Source: Rhizaria sp. SCN 62-66 (lineage: Eukaryota). Taken from it: a DNA stretch of 64,000 bases. The stretch lies in the NCBI GenBank assembly GCA_001724265.1, contig MEDY01000007.1, forward strand, positions 62,001-126,000. Reading direction: 5' to 3'. The translations under genes were made by a program, and so were the position numbers. Under the pieces are notes generated by a model. That model searched no databases and was not told where the DNA came from. It saw only the letters and a program-made list of their open reading frames with translations. Below, one piece after another: positions 10,305 through 22,700 of this stretch; within the stretch, counting starts at the first letter, position 1, and every line of letters starts with the position of its first letter.

Positions 10305-13300
10305 TCAGTCACTCATCGCGACCGGGCCCGCGCGCTGCGCCGCCGCGTACTGCGCCGCGCTCTGCATCGCGCCGCCCGCCGCCGCAGCGCCTGCGAGGCC
10401 GCCGCTGACCGCGAACTCGCCGCTGCCAGTGCCCGCGAGCGCACCGCCGCTCGCGAGCGCAGGGGGAACCGCGAGCGTGCTGCCGGCCGGAGCTGCCGCA
10501 GTACCCGCGAGTCCACCAGCGGCGGCCACGCTGGCGGCTACGCTGGCGGTCACACCGACGGGTGCAATGGCGGGCGAGCGGCCCCGTGCCGGAGACGCTG
10601 CCGCTGCCGCTGCGGCAGAGACGGCGGCGAGCGCGGCCAGCGTTGGCGGGCGCGAGGCAAAGGGCGTGCCCTCGAGAGGGATGAGGGCCAGCGAAGCCGG
10701 CGGCGGCGGCAGCAGGAACGACATCAATCCTGCAGCGCCAGCGCCAGCGCCAGTAGTGCGACCGAAAGAAGCTGCCGCAGCTGAGGGACTAAATGCAGCA
10801 GCAGGTGTGTTATTGTTGACATTACCGTTGTTGTTGGTTACGTCGCTGAGGCCGGTGGCATCGCTGCGGCTGTACTCCGTGTTGGAGCAGCTGCAGCTGC
10901 AGCTACCGGTACTGTTGTTGCAGCTGTCGCACACGCTGTTCTCCGTGTTGTTGAGCGACGCGCGCCCGCTGCACGTGCTGCCATCGCTCTCGGCGCGCGT
11001 CAACGGCACACCGGACGCATCAGCGCCGGCCGCCGCCATCTTCGCCGCAGCCTTAGCCGCGGTCGCCGTCAGCACAGATGCGCCTGTGCCGAGCAGGTCG
11101 AGCCCAGGCAGCCCGGGTGGCAGACGCGTCATCGACATGGCGTCGGCGGCCAGCTTGCCCGCCAGCGTCGGTGGCAGCACCGGCTCCACCGCGTCCGCCG
11201 CCGCGCTCGGCGCCGGGGCGGCGGAGACGGCACTGACGGCGGCGGCCGCGGCCGCGGCGGCCGCGGTCGAGGTGATGGGTGCGTCGGGCACCATGACGAG
11301 CGCGTCGGCGAGCTGTCCGAAACCGACGACGCCGACGCCGCCCATCACTGCGGCCGCCGCCTCCGCAGCAGCAGAGGCGGCCGCGGCAGCGCCGGGGACC
11401 GCGCCCCCAGAGGAGGACGAGGAAGAGGACGACGAGTCGCCCACAGCGACAGCGGCCGCAGCGGCTCCGGCGGCAGCGGCTGCGGCGGCTGAGGCCGGCG
11501 ACTCCCCGCGCTGCGCCGCGGCCGCAGCCTCCACAGCGGCGACAACCGCAGCGGCCGAGGCTGCAGGCGCGGTGAGCGCCAGGCGCGGCGGGCCGGTCTG
11601 CGCGGCGACGGCGACGATGGCGTCGGGCGTCGACTGGAGCGCGAGGCGGCGCGAGGCCGCGTTGGAGTCCACGCTGAGGCCGAGGCCGGGGCCGGAGCCC
11701 AGGCCGAGACCGCGGGTCAAACCCAGAGAGTGACCGTGAGCAGAGTGACCGTCGGCGCTGTAGACAGGACCGTGGGCCGGCGTGTTAATGTGACTGTGCG
11801 CCAAATGACCGTGGCCGTGACCGTGGGCAGTGCTGCGGCTCGCGGAGGCCACGCCGGCGCTGTAGAGCTGCTGCAGATAGCCCGCCTCGGCAGCCAGCGA
11901 GCCCGCGGGACCGGGGCCAGACAAGGTGACCGTGGGCAGCGCAAATGGCACTGCGGTGACGGGGCCGAGCAGCTGCTGGCCGTCAGCAGTAGAACCAGCT
12001 GAGACAGCGCTGTCAGCAACTGAAACTGGCCCCGCTGCGGCCGCAGCCGCCGTCGCCGCGGCGGCCGCAAAGTTGCTCATGGCCGTGGCTGCGCCCGGGT
12101 GGCTGTGCAGGTTGTGGCCGTGCGCAGGCAGTGTGCTGGGGCCGTACGCCTGCGTCCACGAGCGGCGCGCCCCTGCACTTACACTGGCGTAAGCGCCCAC
12201 GGGGCCCGGGTAAGGGGCCGCGGGGACGAAGTTGCTCGGCAGAGGCAGCGGCAGCGAGTGAGCGTGGTTCTGAGACAGCGCTTGGAGCTGCGCAGGCAGC
12301 TGTCCCTGCCCCTGCCCCTGTGTCTGCACGTGTGACGGTGACTGGGATGGCTGCTGGATCTGCCACGTCGGCAGCGGCGCAAAAGCGGGCAGCGGGGGCA
12401 GCGTGTCGTGCACTCCGGTGTAAGGGGCTCCGGTGTAAGTACCCGCGCTGCCGAGAGAGGATGCGGCAAACGGGGGCCGCTGCAGCATGCCGCGCTCTTT
12501 GCCGCCCGGCGGGGGCATGCGGCGCGACTCTGCGCCGCCGTCCACACCGCCGTCCACACCGGCATGCACACTGGCGTCCACACCGGCAGGCGCGCTGGCA
12601 TCAGCAGCGTTGTCGTCAACGGCACTGCGGCTGACAGCAGCAACAGAGGTGGCCGCATCGTTGCTGCTCGCATTGCTGCCACCTGCCGCGTCGCACAGGG
12701 ACGGCGGCGCGACTGCTGCGTCCGCCGCGCCCGCACCGGTCGCGGCCGAGACAGACTGGGCGGGCGCGGGCGCGGGCGCGGGCACGGGCTGGTGCATGAA
12801 CGGGGTGGCCCGGCTCGGCGGCGGCAGCGACGACGGCGGCGGCAGCTGCACGGGATGCGGCAGCACGAAGCCAGGGGGCAGTACAACGCCGTTGCCGCTG
12901 GCACTGCCGCCGGCGCTAGCGTGGCTAGAGCTGTGAAGGCTAGAGCTATGACGGTGCCCATGACCGTGAACGTGGCTGTGTCCGTGTCCGTGACCGTGAC
13001 GGCTCTCCTTGTCGAGGCTCTGGTACGGGCGGTACATACTGTATAGCTGATCGCTAATCTTGACCTGGTGCGCGGACGGGGCCTGCGTACCCATGTGTTC
13101 CCTGAGGTGACCGTGGGCGACCTGGGCCAGGTAGGCATGCGGCAGAGTGACGCTCGGGTTCGCGGCGCCGCAGTCGCAGCGACTGCGGCTGCGGCTGCGC
13201 GAACTACTGCTGCTGCTGCTGGCGCTGGTGTTGCGGTGGAGGTGGCGGTTCAGGTGGCGGCCTCTCACGTCCACGGCGCGACTGCGGCCGCGCACCGCGT

Positions 13301-16054
13301 CACTGCCGCCGAGGCCGTTGCAGTCAGCGCAGTAGTGCCCCTGTTGGACGTGTATGTGCGTGCGCTGGTGCTGGAAGGGGTGGCCGGGCTGGGGTGGGCA
13401 GCGCTGCTCCCCGGTCTCGCCCGCGTCGGCGTCGGCGTCGGCACGGCCCCGCAGGCCCGCGATCGCGGGCGCGCCGACCGGGCCGGGGCACTGCTGTTGC
13501 TGTTGCTGCTGCTGCTGTTGCTGTTGCTGCTGCTGTTGCTGTTGCTGATGGACATAGTGCGCCATCATGAGCTGCTGCTGTTGCTGCTGCGGCGACATCG
13601 GCAGCAAGGGGTCGGCCACGAACGCCGTCACCGGGTTGCCGTTGCTGTCGACACTGCCGGTGAACATCGCATACCCACCGATGTTGCCGTGGTCGTGGCC
13701 ATGGCCGCGGATGTGCGAGGCGTCGTCGTCGTCGCCGACGAGCCCGGCGCGGCCCGTGGGCGTGGCGTGCGTGCGCACTGGCAGGGAGCGTCGGCGGCGT
13801 TGGCCGCGCGGCTGCGCCTGCGCCAGCGCCTGTGTGCCGCCGTGCGGGGAGAACGCGCCCGAGCCCGTGGCAGCGCCGGGACTGGCCTCGGCGGCGAGAA
13901 GCCCGTGGCCATGGCCGTGATTAGGCATGAGGAGGCCGCTAGGCAGGGGCAGCACCACCGCGTTGCCGTGGTGGTTCGCGAGATGCGAGCTATCAGGGCG
14001 GCCGATGTGGTTGCTGTGACCAATGTTGTGGTGAGGATCGAACGGGTGCTGCGAGCGCATGTGCGCCGTGAGCGCGTGGTGATGTTGTTGCTGCCGTTGC
14101 ATCTGCATCTGTTGCTGCTGCTGCTGCTGGAGCGCAGAGTGACCGTGAGCAGAGTGACCGTGGTGGCGGCTGCCAGTGCCACCGGGAGTCAGAGTCGCCG
14201 TCGCGCTGGCCACCGCCGCCGCGGCCGCCGCCAGCGCGGCTCTGGTGGCCGCCGCCGCGCGCGCCGCGGCCGCCGCAGCCCCGCTGCCCCGGGGCTTTCG
14301 CGCGGGCGGGACGAAGTCGACGCACTGGTCCTCGCGGCCGTGGCGCTGGCAGCGCGTGCAGGGCCGCTTCTTGTCGCACGCCATCTTCTGCTTGCGGCAC
14401 GGCACGCACGCGCACCGCACGCGCTTGCCTGTCGACGTGTGGATGAAGCCGCTGTTAGCGCTCGCCGAGCTTGCGGGGGCTGAAGCGACAACGCCGCCGC
14501 CGGTGCTGGGAGCACGGGCCTCGGAGACAAGCGGCGCCGCAGCGGCAGCCGTGGCAGTGAAGGCGCGAGAGCGGGCGTTGCTGTTGTTGCTGATGTTGCT
14601 GTGGGCGTTGCGTTTGCCGTTAATGGCCGCAATGGGAGACGGATCCTCCTCGTCGTGGGCGTCGTGGTTGTGCGCATGGTCAATACCACCATCATCACCA
14701 TCGCCGTCGTCGTCGCCGTCGGCGTCAGCCTCGCCGTAGACGCTCGCGTCCTCATCCTCGTCGTCACCCTCGTCGCCGTCGTCGATGCCATCATCACCGT
14801 GCACGCCGTCGTCTGCGTCGCTTTCGCCAGTGAAGTCAAAGTCGGCGCCGGTAACGCCGACGGCAGTGTCAGTGCCGGGCAGCGGCGACGCGACGGCGCC
14901 CGGGGACGCGAGGGCGTCGCCGTCGTACATGTCGTTGGTATTCGTGACAACAGCGTTATTGGTGTTGTTGTTGTTTGTAGTCGTGCTCTTGCGCCCGCGT
15001 CCGCGACCGCGAGTGTATCCACCCACATCGGCAGCAGGCGCGTCAACGGCGGCGACAGGGCTCGTGTTCGCGGAGCTGCCGTGAGCGCCCGTCTCACTGC
15101 CGCGCGCCACACTCGCGTCCCGCATCTCGTGAGAACTGGCACCAACACTGGCGCTGGCGCTGGCGCTGGCCCTAGAGTCGGTGCCTGTGCTGGCGCTGTT
15201 GCTGGCACCGCGCAGCGTCCGCGCTGCAGCACCCCCGACGCCGTTGCTGTGGCCGCGGCCGGCGCTAGCGGCGCTGAGGCCGCGGCCGGCGCTGTGGCCG
15301 CGAACCGAGCTGCTGCCGCGGACTGTGCTCGTGTCGCTGGCGCTGGGCACATCGGCGATGGCGTTGCGCCGGCCCGCACTTACGCTCGTGTCCACGTTCG
15401 CGCCCGCGGCGTTGGCGGCGGCGTTACGGCCGCCGCGGCCGCCGCGCCCGCGCCCGCGGCCGGGCCCCCCGCGGGACACAGTGGCGCTGCGACCTGCCAC
15501 CGCCTCCGTATCGCCGTCCCTGTCCGCATCAGCCTCGGCCTCGGCTGCAGCCTCAGCGTCGGCGTCGGCGTCGTTGGCATCGTGGTCGCTGAGACTGCGC
15601 AGCGGGCCGCTGCGGCGACCGAAGCCGCGGCCGGAGCCGTTGCCGTGGCCGGAGCGGGAGGCCGGGCTCGCGCTCGGCGCAGCGACACCGGGGCTCGCCG
15701 TCTCGACTGGCGTGGCGCCAGCGGCGGCGGCGGCGAAGGCGACGCCAGGACTGCCCAGCCCCTGGACGGCCGGCGGGCTGGCCGCAGAGACAGAGGGGCT
15801 GGCGCTGGCGCCGGCGCGGGCACTAGCGCGGGCCGCTGCCGTGGCACGGCGACTTGCACCGGCGCCAGTCATCGCTGCAGCGTCGGCATGCGACTGTGTC
15901 TGTGCGGCGACCTGGGCAAGCGCGTCTCTCTCGGCGGGCGTCGAGGGAAAATACAGCGTGTCTGCGAACGAGCGACGGGCGCCCCTGCTGCCGCTGCCGC
16001 TGGTGGCCGCAGCAGTGCTCGCGGCGGCCGCCGCACTCGGCGCGGTGTTGGCGA

Positions 16055-16089
<35 letters not shown>

Positions 16090-17414
16090 TTGTTGTTGTT
16101 GTTGTTGTCCGTGGCGCGGGGAGTGCCGCGGGAGCGCGTCGCCGGCTGGCGCTGAGGCTGAGGCTGAGGCTGCTCACGGTCACCCCCACGGTCACGGTCA
16201 GTACGGTCGCGAGCGCGGGTGGTGCGCGACTGCAACGCAGGCGACGACGATGACACTGTGGTATCGCTGTTATTGTTGCTGATATTGTTGTTTAGGAGGA
16301 TGTAGGCAGGAGCAGCTGCAAGCGCCGGGAACGTGTGGATACCGTTGCTGCTGTTGTTGCTACTGTTGGTGTTGCTGTGGATGTCGTTAGGCGCAGCGCT
16401 ATCTCCGAACACCAGCGACTGCGACTTCAGATGCAAGTGCGCGTGCGACCGCGGGTACGGCGACGGGCCTGCGTTGCCGCCGCTGTTGTTGTTGCTAAGA
16501 ACGCTGCTCGCGATTGCATCAGACATCATGGGCATCGCGGCAGCAGCGTTGTTGACGGCGGCGGAGACTCTGGTCCGAGCGGGCGCGGTAGAGCCGAACG
16601 CACCGATCGATTCAGACTTAGAGTCAGAGTGCTGCATGCGAGCAGCGTTATTGTTAACTGCGGAGGGCATGCCCAGCACGGATTGCGTCAGCCCCAGCGT
16701 CGACGGCAGCGCACCGAGCGCCAGCGAGGAAGACGAGGCTGACGCCGTCAGTGCCAACGACGACGCCGCCGCCACAGAAGACGACGATGACGACGCCGAC
16801 GGTGCCGGTGGCTGGGAAGCAGCGGCAGCGGGGGCGAGTCTGGGCGGGTTGGACGGGGTCGGTCTAGACGCCTCGCCGACCGACGGCAGCGCGTCAAGCG
16901 ACGGCGCCGCGTCCACCGCAGGCGCTGCAGCAGTCGCCGCAGCCGCCGCCGCCGCTGCGTCGTCGGTCAGAGAGGGCCGCGGAGAGACGGCACCGTGGGC
17001 CTTGACGACGAACGGCGAGTCGGGCGACTGCTCCTGGTCGGCATCAATGCCGGCACGGACGCTAAACCCGCCGCCCGTGCTGCTTGCGGTCACCGAGCCG
17101 CGCAGCGAGCCCGTGGGGGCAGAGGAGGGGGTGAAGGTGGGGACGGTGGCGGCCCTGGCGGTGGGCGCTGGGACGGGCGGGGAGGCCGCGAAGTCGGACA
17201 TGGCCTGCTGTGTGATAGAGATGGGCGCGAGTTTGCCCAGGAAAATCCCCGCCGAGGGCGCGGATGCGTTGGCGGGCGCGCAGGCGAGGCGCGGGGCGGC
17301 CTGGGCAGCGGCTGTGTGGACTGAGGGCGGGGGCACCTCGATGGGGGCAACGGCGAAGCGCGCGCTAAACGCCCCGCCACGGCCGCCACGCCGGGCGGGA
17401 AATGCGTCAGACAT
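10305..17414 (-). CDS. Zn(II)2Cys6 binuclear-cluster transcription factor, 2369 aa, otherwise low complexity
   Basis: Single long ORF, ATG to TGA. KRVRCACVPCRKQKMACDKKRPCTRCQRHGREDQC (~14323-14427) fits the Cx2Cx6Cx5Cx2Cx8C pattern; poly-Gln and His-rich tracts follow. Confidence 0.85.
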
Positions 17415-17989
17415 GGCGGGGTAGGGGCACGTGCAAGTGCTGCAACGGGAAAGTGTGGGTTCGGAGGCTGCTGCAGGGATATTACAGGTGGGTACGAGGC
17501 CCAGTGGCTAAGGGCAAGCTGCAAATGGGGCCTGCTAGTTCTGAGTGTATGGGCTCCGACGAGCGCTTAAATAAACCTGAAACAAAATAATAGTACAATA
17601 GGGGTAGTGAGAAAATATAAGGTTAGTCTCATAGCTCTCATGGCACGCGTTAGAACTGTAAAATGGTTTCTTTCGAAGATGACTCGTCTCGGTCAGACAG
17701 TCACTGCAGCGGTACCGAAAAATCTCACCTCTTTGAACAAAAACCATTTGTGGTGAAAACAGTTTTACTGATGCAAACCCATGCTCATCTCGTTAAACTT
17801 AGCTTTATAATGTTAAAAGCGATATTAAATCTTGTCATACATACTATACTGTATTATATCATAAGGGTGTTACCATAGTGCATGTTACATCCTTGAGTTC
17901 ACGTCTGGCCCTAGACAATAAATACTGTCACTTAAACAACCATCAGGTACATGCGCGCATTCTCGAGTCATCGACAGCATCCGTCTTGC

Positions 17990-18985
17990 TCAGTGTCCAT
18001 GCGCTAAAGAGCAGCTCTCCCCCGGTCCGTGGCTGTGCCCGCACTGCGACGCCGCCGCCTTGGAGGACTTGCCCGCTGCCAGCAACGTTGCAATGAAGTC
18101 GTCCCCTTGGCTGCTGCTGTTGGTCTTGCTGCTGGACGAGTGTCCTGGCACTGTGCATACGCCGCGCCGGTGCAGCTCGATAGCCAGCACCGTCTCCGCG
18201 CGGTCCCAGTTAAGCCCGTCGCGGATCACGTGCTCCACGAAGCTCGCCCGCGCCGCGGGGTAGTCCAGGTACCATGCGTGCTCCCAGAGGTCCAGCGCTA
18301 GCAGCGGCACCGCGCCGCGCGCCACGGGGCTCTCGCCGTCCTTGTAGCTCTCCACCGTCACCGTGTTGTCCGCGTTAAGCTGCAGGAACACCCATGCGGA
18401 GCCGAAGACGGCGTTAGCTTTCTGGCCCAGCTCGACCACCGCGGCGCCGGGGGAGCCGAAGTCGTAGCTGAGCTTGTGCGCCAAGTGCCGGTGCACGTGC
18501 AGGTCGAAGTACGCCTCAGCGCTAAGCGACTCAAAGAACACGTTGTGGTTGAGCGCCTGGCAGGCCGCGTTGGCCAACGCGACCACCGGCGCAGGGGCCT
18601 TGGCGGCGGTGAGCAGAGCCTGCTGCTTCTGCGACTGCGGGGAGCCACTCTGGCCGTCGACTGCGACGGGCTTGTGAAGAGCGAGCAGCGCGGGCGTGCG
18701 CGCGACGAGATCGTTCAGCGATAGTGTCAGCAACGACGGGTCGTTCGTGGCCGCGGCCACGGTCGGCAGCAGCGTGTTGATCGTGTTGTAGTAGCCGCGC
18801 TGGTGCTTGTCCCAGTGCACCTCGAGTTGGCGCGGGGAAATCGGCAGCTCATCGTGCGCTGTCGCGGCCGGCAGCGGCGGGAGCACGTGTTGTGTGAATG
18901 TGGGGGCTGTGGAGAAGGAGCGCAGTGCGGCGCGCAAAGGGTGGCGCGCGACGACGCGGAGGGCGGAGGACGACCGAGCGAGCAT
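17990..18985 (-). CDS. Fe/Mn superoxide dismutase, probably Fe-type, with mitochondrial presequence
   Basis: HWDKHQRGY, ACQALNHNVFF, FGSAWVFL and DLWEHAWYLDY retain all four metal ligands. Arg/Ser/Leu-rich acid-free N-terminus ending RSFST. Ends TGA. Confidence 0.9.
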   Translation of the reverse strand: MLARSSSALRVVARHPLRAALRSFSTAPTFTQHVLPPLPAATAHDELPISPRQLEVHWDKHQRGYYNTINTLLPTVAAATNDPSLLTLSLNDLVARTPALLALHKPVAVDGQSGSPQSQKQQALLTAAKAPAPVVALANAACQALNHNVFFESLSAEAYFDLHVHRHLAHKLSYDFGSPGAAVVELGQKANAVFGSAWVFLQLNADNTVTVESYKDGESPVARGAVPLLALDLWEHAWYLDYPAARASFVEHVIRDGLNWDRAETVLAIELHRRGVCTVPGHSSSSKTNSSSQGDDFIATLLAAGKSSKAAASQCGHSHGPGESCSLAHGH

Positions 18986-19754
18986 CGGGTCGGTGTCTAG
19001 AGAGATATGAAAGTGGGGATATCACAAAACATTTAGCGCCTGGTGACGTATTATTATAGCATAATATGTCAGCTCTCGGTTTAAATCTAGATTTGGCAAT
19101 CAACATCTATTTGACGGATGTCTGTGCGAGTTCATAGCATGCCTGAGAAGGTTAACGTTAAACTCGACTCGATATAGCCGCTCTAAGTGAGCATCAATTG
19201 ATACCCAATATGCGCTTTAACAACATCGTTATGCCGTCTGCGCGTGGTATGGTGCACAAGGAGTTGTATTATCTATTTATTTTGAAGCATGTTGAACCCG
19301 ACTCTTAGATAAGCTCTGGAGCCCAGTAAGGTTGTGGAGGAGTCAAGCATAGCATCTCGCTGCTCTTCACAACTTACGATGCTTATGATAGAACACAGTC
19401 GAATGAGATTGAACTTTTCGTGTCGAGATGTAGCGGATGGGTAACCTGATTAAGGCCTGCACCTGCTACAGCCTCGTATATCACTCTGCCCCTGTCAAAA
19501 TTCTGTTCGAATAAGACCTGCTCGATTTGCATGCTGTTTAAACAAAACTCCGAGATATGACACACATAGCGTTCGAATTAGTGTACACCCGTAAAGTATA
19601 GAATGTGCGTTGTTGTATGATAACTTAATATTTTTGTCACTACTCTACCTTCGATTACACTCTGTAGATAACCTTTCAAAGGTAATACTCGCCACTCTTA
19701 ACTGCTTCCTTACCCTGTGGTAACAGTAGTACGGCACCGCGTCCCAGGACTGCC

Positions 19755-22700
19755 ATGTCCACGGCGATCCGCGCCGGCGTGCGCGTGCTGGTCCGCGTGC
19801 GCCCTCTTCTCCCCTCTCTCAACGAAACATCATCATCCTCACAAAGCAGCAATGCAAACAGCAACGGTGCAACTGCCACTACGAGCATCCCCGTGGCCTC
19901 GCACCTGCAGCCCGACCCAGACGGCCGCTCCCTGTCCCTGCGCGTCAAGGACACGCTGCACCAGTACACCTTCGACGCCGTGCTGCCGCCTGCCGCGAGC
20001 CAAACAGACGTCTTTGCCCGGGGCGGCGTCGCGGGCATGGTCAGAAGCGTCGTCGACGGATACAGCGCGACTGTGTTTGCGTACGGGCAGACGGGGTCGG
20101 GCAAGACGCACACCATGGACGGCGTGGGAGCGTCGGTCGGGGCTCCGGTGAACGCTGACAGCAATTCTACCTCAAGTGACAATTCTGATATTGATGGCAC
20201 TACAAGCGCGGACGCAAATGCTGGTGCAGGCTTAAGCGCGACAACTACGGTTGCTGTCGACGGGCGGCTTAATGAAGCCAGTGGCGTGACATCAAGGGCT
20301 ATTCACTCGTTGTTTGCGCAAATTGCTGCTGAAACGTCGGATAGCAACAAGAACTCCAAAGCGAGCACTGAGGACTCTGAAGTCTCGTTTCATGTGACCT
20401 GCTCATTCGTTCAAATCTATCAAGAGCAAGTGTACGACCTCCTCTCCTCGTCTCTCTCGATCTCAAGCCATAACACGAGCAATACTACCAGTTCTGGGTC
20501 GCATACAACGGCAGCCGGTGGTGCCGGTTTCGATGCAAACCGTGGTAGCCTCCGCGTCCGCTGGGCTCAGGGACGCGACTTTTACGTTGACGGGCTCACC
20601 GAGACCGCGTGCACAACTCCGCAGCAGGCCGTCGCGTGCTTCTTGGCTGGGACGAAGCGCAGGGTGGTTGCCCAGCACAGGCTCAACACCGAGTCGTCGC
20701 GCTCGCACTCACTCTTCATGCTCACAGTCACCAAAACGACGATGACGCGCTCCGCCAACAGCGCGAATGTGAGCGTTGGCTCGACGGCAACTGTGACAGG
20801 GGCTGCGAGTGGGGGTTTGAGCAACGCTGAGACAGTAGTGTCCAAGCTCACACTGGTTGACCTGGCCGGCTCTGAACGCACTTCGCTGACCGGCGCTGTC
20901 GGACAGATGCTGGCACAGGCAGTCAGCATTAACAAATCCCTCTTTGTGCTCCGCAAAGTTATCAAAGCGCTCGCAACTGGCACGAGTACGAGTACGAACA
21001 GTGGCAGTAGCAAAGGTGCGAGTGCGCACGTGCCGTACCGCGACTCAACGCTGACACGCTTGCTGCAGCACTCTCTCGGCGGCAACTGTCTGACGCTTAT
21101 GATCGCGTGTCTGGCGCCCTTAGACGCGTACCAGGACGAGAATCTAAGTACTCTTAACTATGCGGCACTGACAACGAAGATCGTGAACCGGGCTACTGTG
21201 GGCGAAGATCCTAAGACTGCGCTGATTAGGCAGCTCCGCGCTGAGAACAACGCGCTCAAAGAGATTGTTGCGCGGGCTAAGCGGCTATGTTTGATGACCG
21301 GGGTTGCGACAACAGGAGCGTTTGCAAACAACACCGCTGGTGAGAATATGCAGAATGACGACTCTTCATCTGCGAGCAATGGCAATAGCAACGACGGCAG
21401 CACTGTGTTGTGGAGTGATGTCGAGTCCGGCGCTTGGAACGGTGTCTCTACACTTCTTGGCAACAGCATTAACGCCACAGGCAACAGCAATGCAATCTCT
21501 GGTGCAAGTAGCGGTAAGACCGCGACTGCGCCCGCGCCTGGTTGGGCTCGTGGCCCGCAACGCAAGCCCACTGCAACTGCAACCGCCTCATCAGCAACAG
21601 CAGCAGCTGCAGCTGTTGGTGCACCAACACCGGCTGCATCAGCTGCAACAGCGCCAACGAACAATGTAACTGCTGTCACGACGTCTTCTGGTGGCCTGAC
21701 TTCCTCAGAGGCAGCTTTGCTTCAGCACCGCCTCGTGGCGACCGTGGGCATGGCGCACGCACTATTGGACGAAAACGCGTCGTACAACGCCCGTGTGGAG
21801 TCGCTTGAAGCCGAACTCGAGGAGGCGAACGCTGTGACGGAGGAACTCGAAGGCGAAGTGGGGCAATTGCAGTATGAGAACGCGGACTTGAGGGAACGAG
21901 TGTTATTTCTTGAGACCGTGCTGGTCGAGGGCAACGGCATTGCGAACGGCAAAAGTGACGAGAAGAACATTGGCAGTGCAAGTATTGCGATTGAGTCTGA
22001 GGCTGAGGATGCCAATGCTGATGCTGACACGGATGCAAAGACAGTCGGAACCGCTAGCCGTTCAATGTACGCCAATGATAAGGCTAAGAAACAACAATTG
22101 CCCAACAACAAATTGAGCAACAACGCCAAGGAATCTATGTCCTGCAATGCTCTATCAAGCTCAAGCGACAATGCGACAGTGAATGCAAGCGAGACAACGC
22201 AGTTGCGCGAGCTCGTGCTCCACGCGCGCTTCGAAGCGCAAAAGGAGGCTCGCCGCTCGCAGCAACTTGCAGCGCAGCTTGCGCGGCTGCAGCAGTCAAC
22301 CGCGCTGCAGCAGAACAACATCGCTGGCGCGTACCGGCCCTACTCTCAGCAACCACAGCAGCACGGGGGCTCTCAGGCACTCTCGCAGTCGATTTCGCTG
22401 TCAGGAGTGCCGCGGGCGGGCACGATGCGGGTCGGCACCGCACGGGCAGCGAACTACGCGCCGAGTGGCGGGATGACCTATCGCGCCAGTTCGAGCGCTG
22501 CGAACGGTGCCAATACGTATCGGCCGGGCACGAGTAATGGGTCTATGACTGTAAGGGGTGGCCCGAGCGGTGCTTACACAGGAAGTCTAAGTACGCCCGG
22601 TGTAAGTGGCGGGACGACGCTTTATGGCAACAGGCCCAGTACGCGGTCTTTCAAGCGCCGTACGCGGCGCCAACAGCAGCAGCAGCAGCAACAGTTATCC

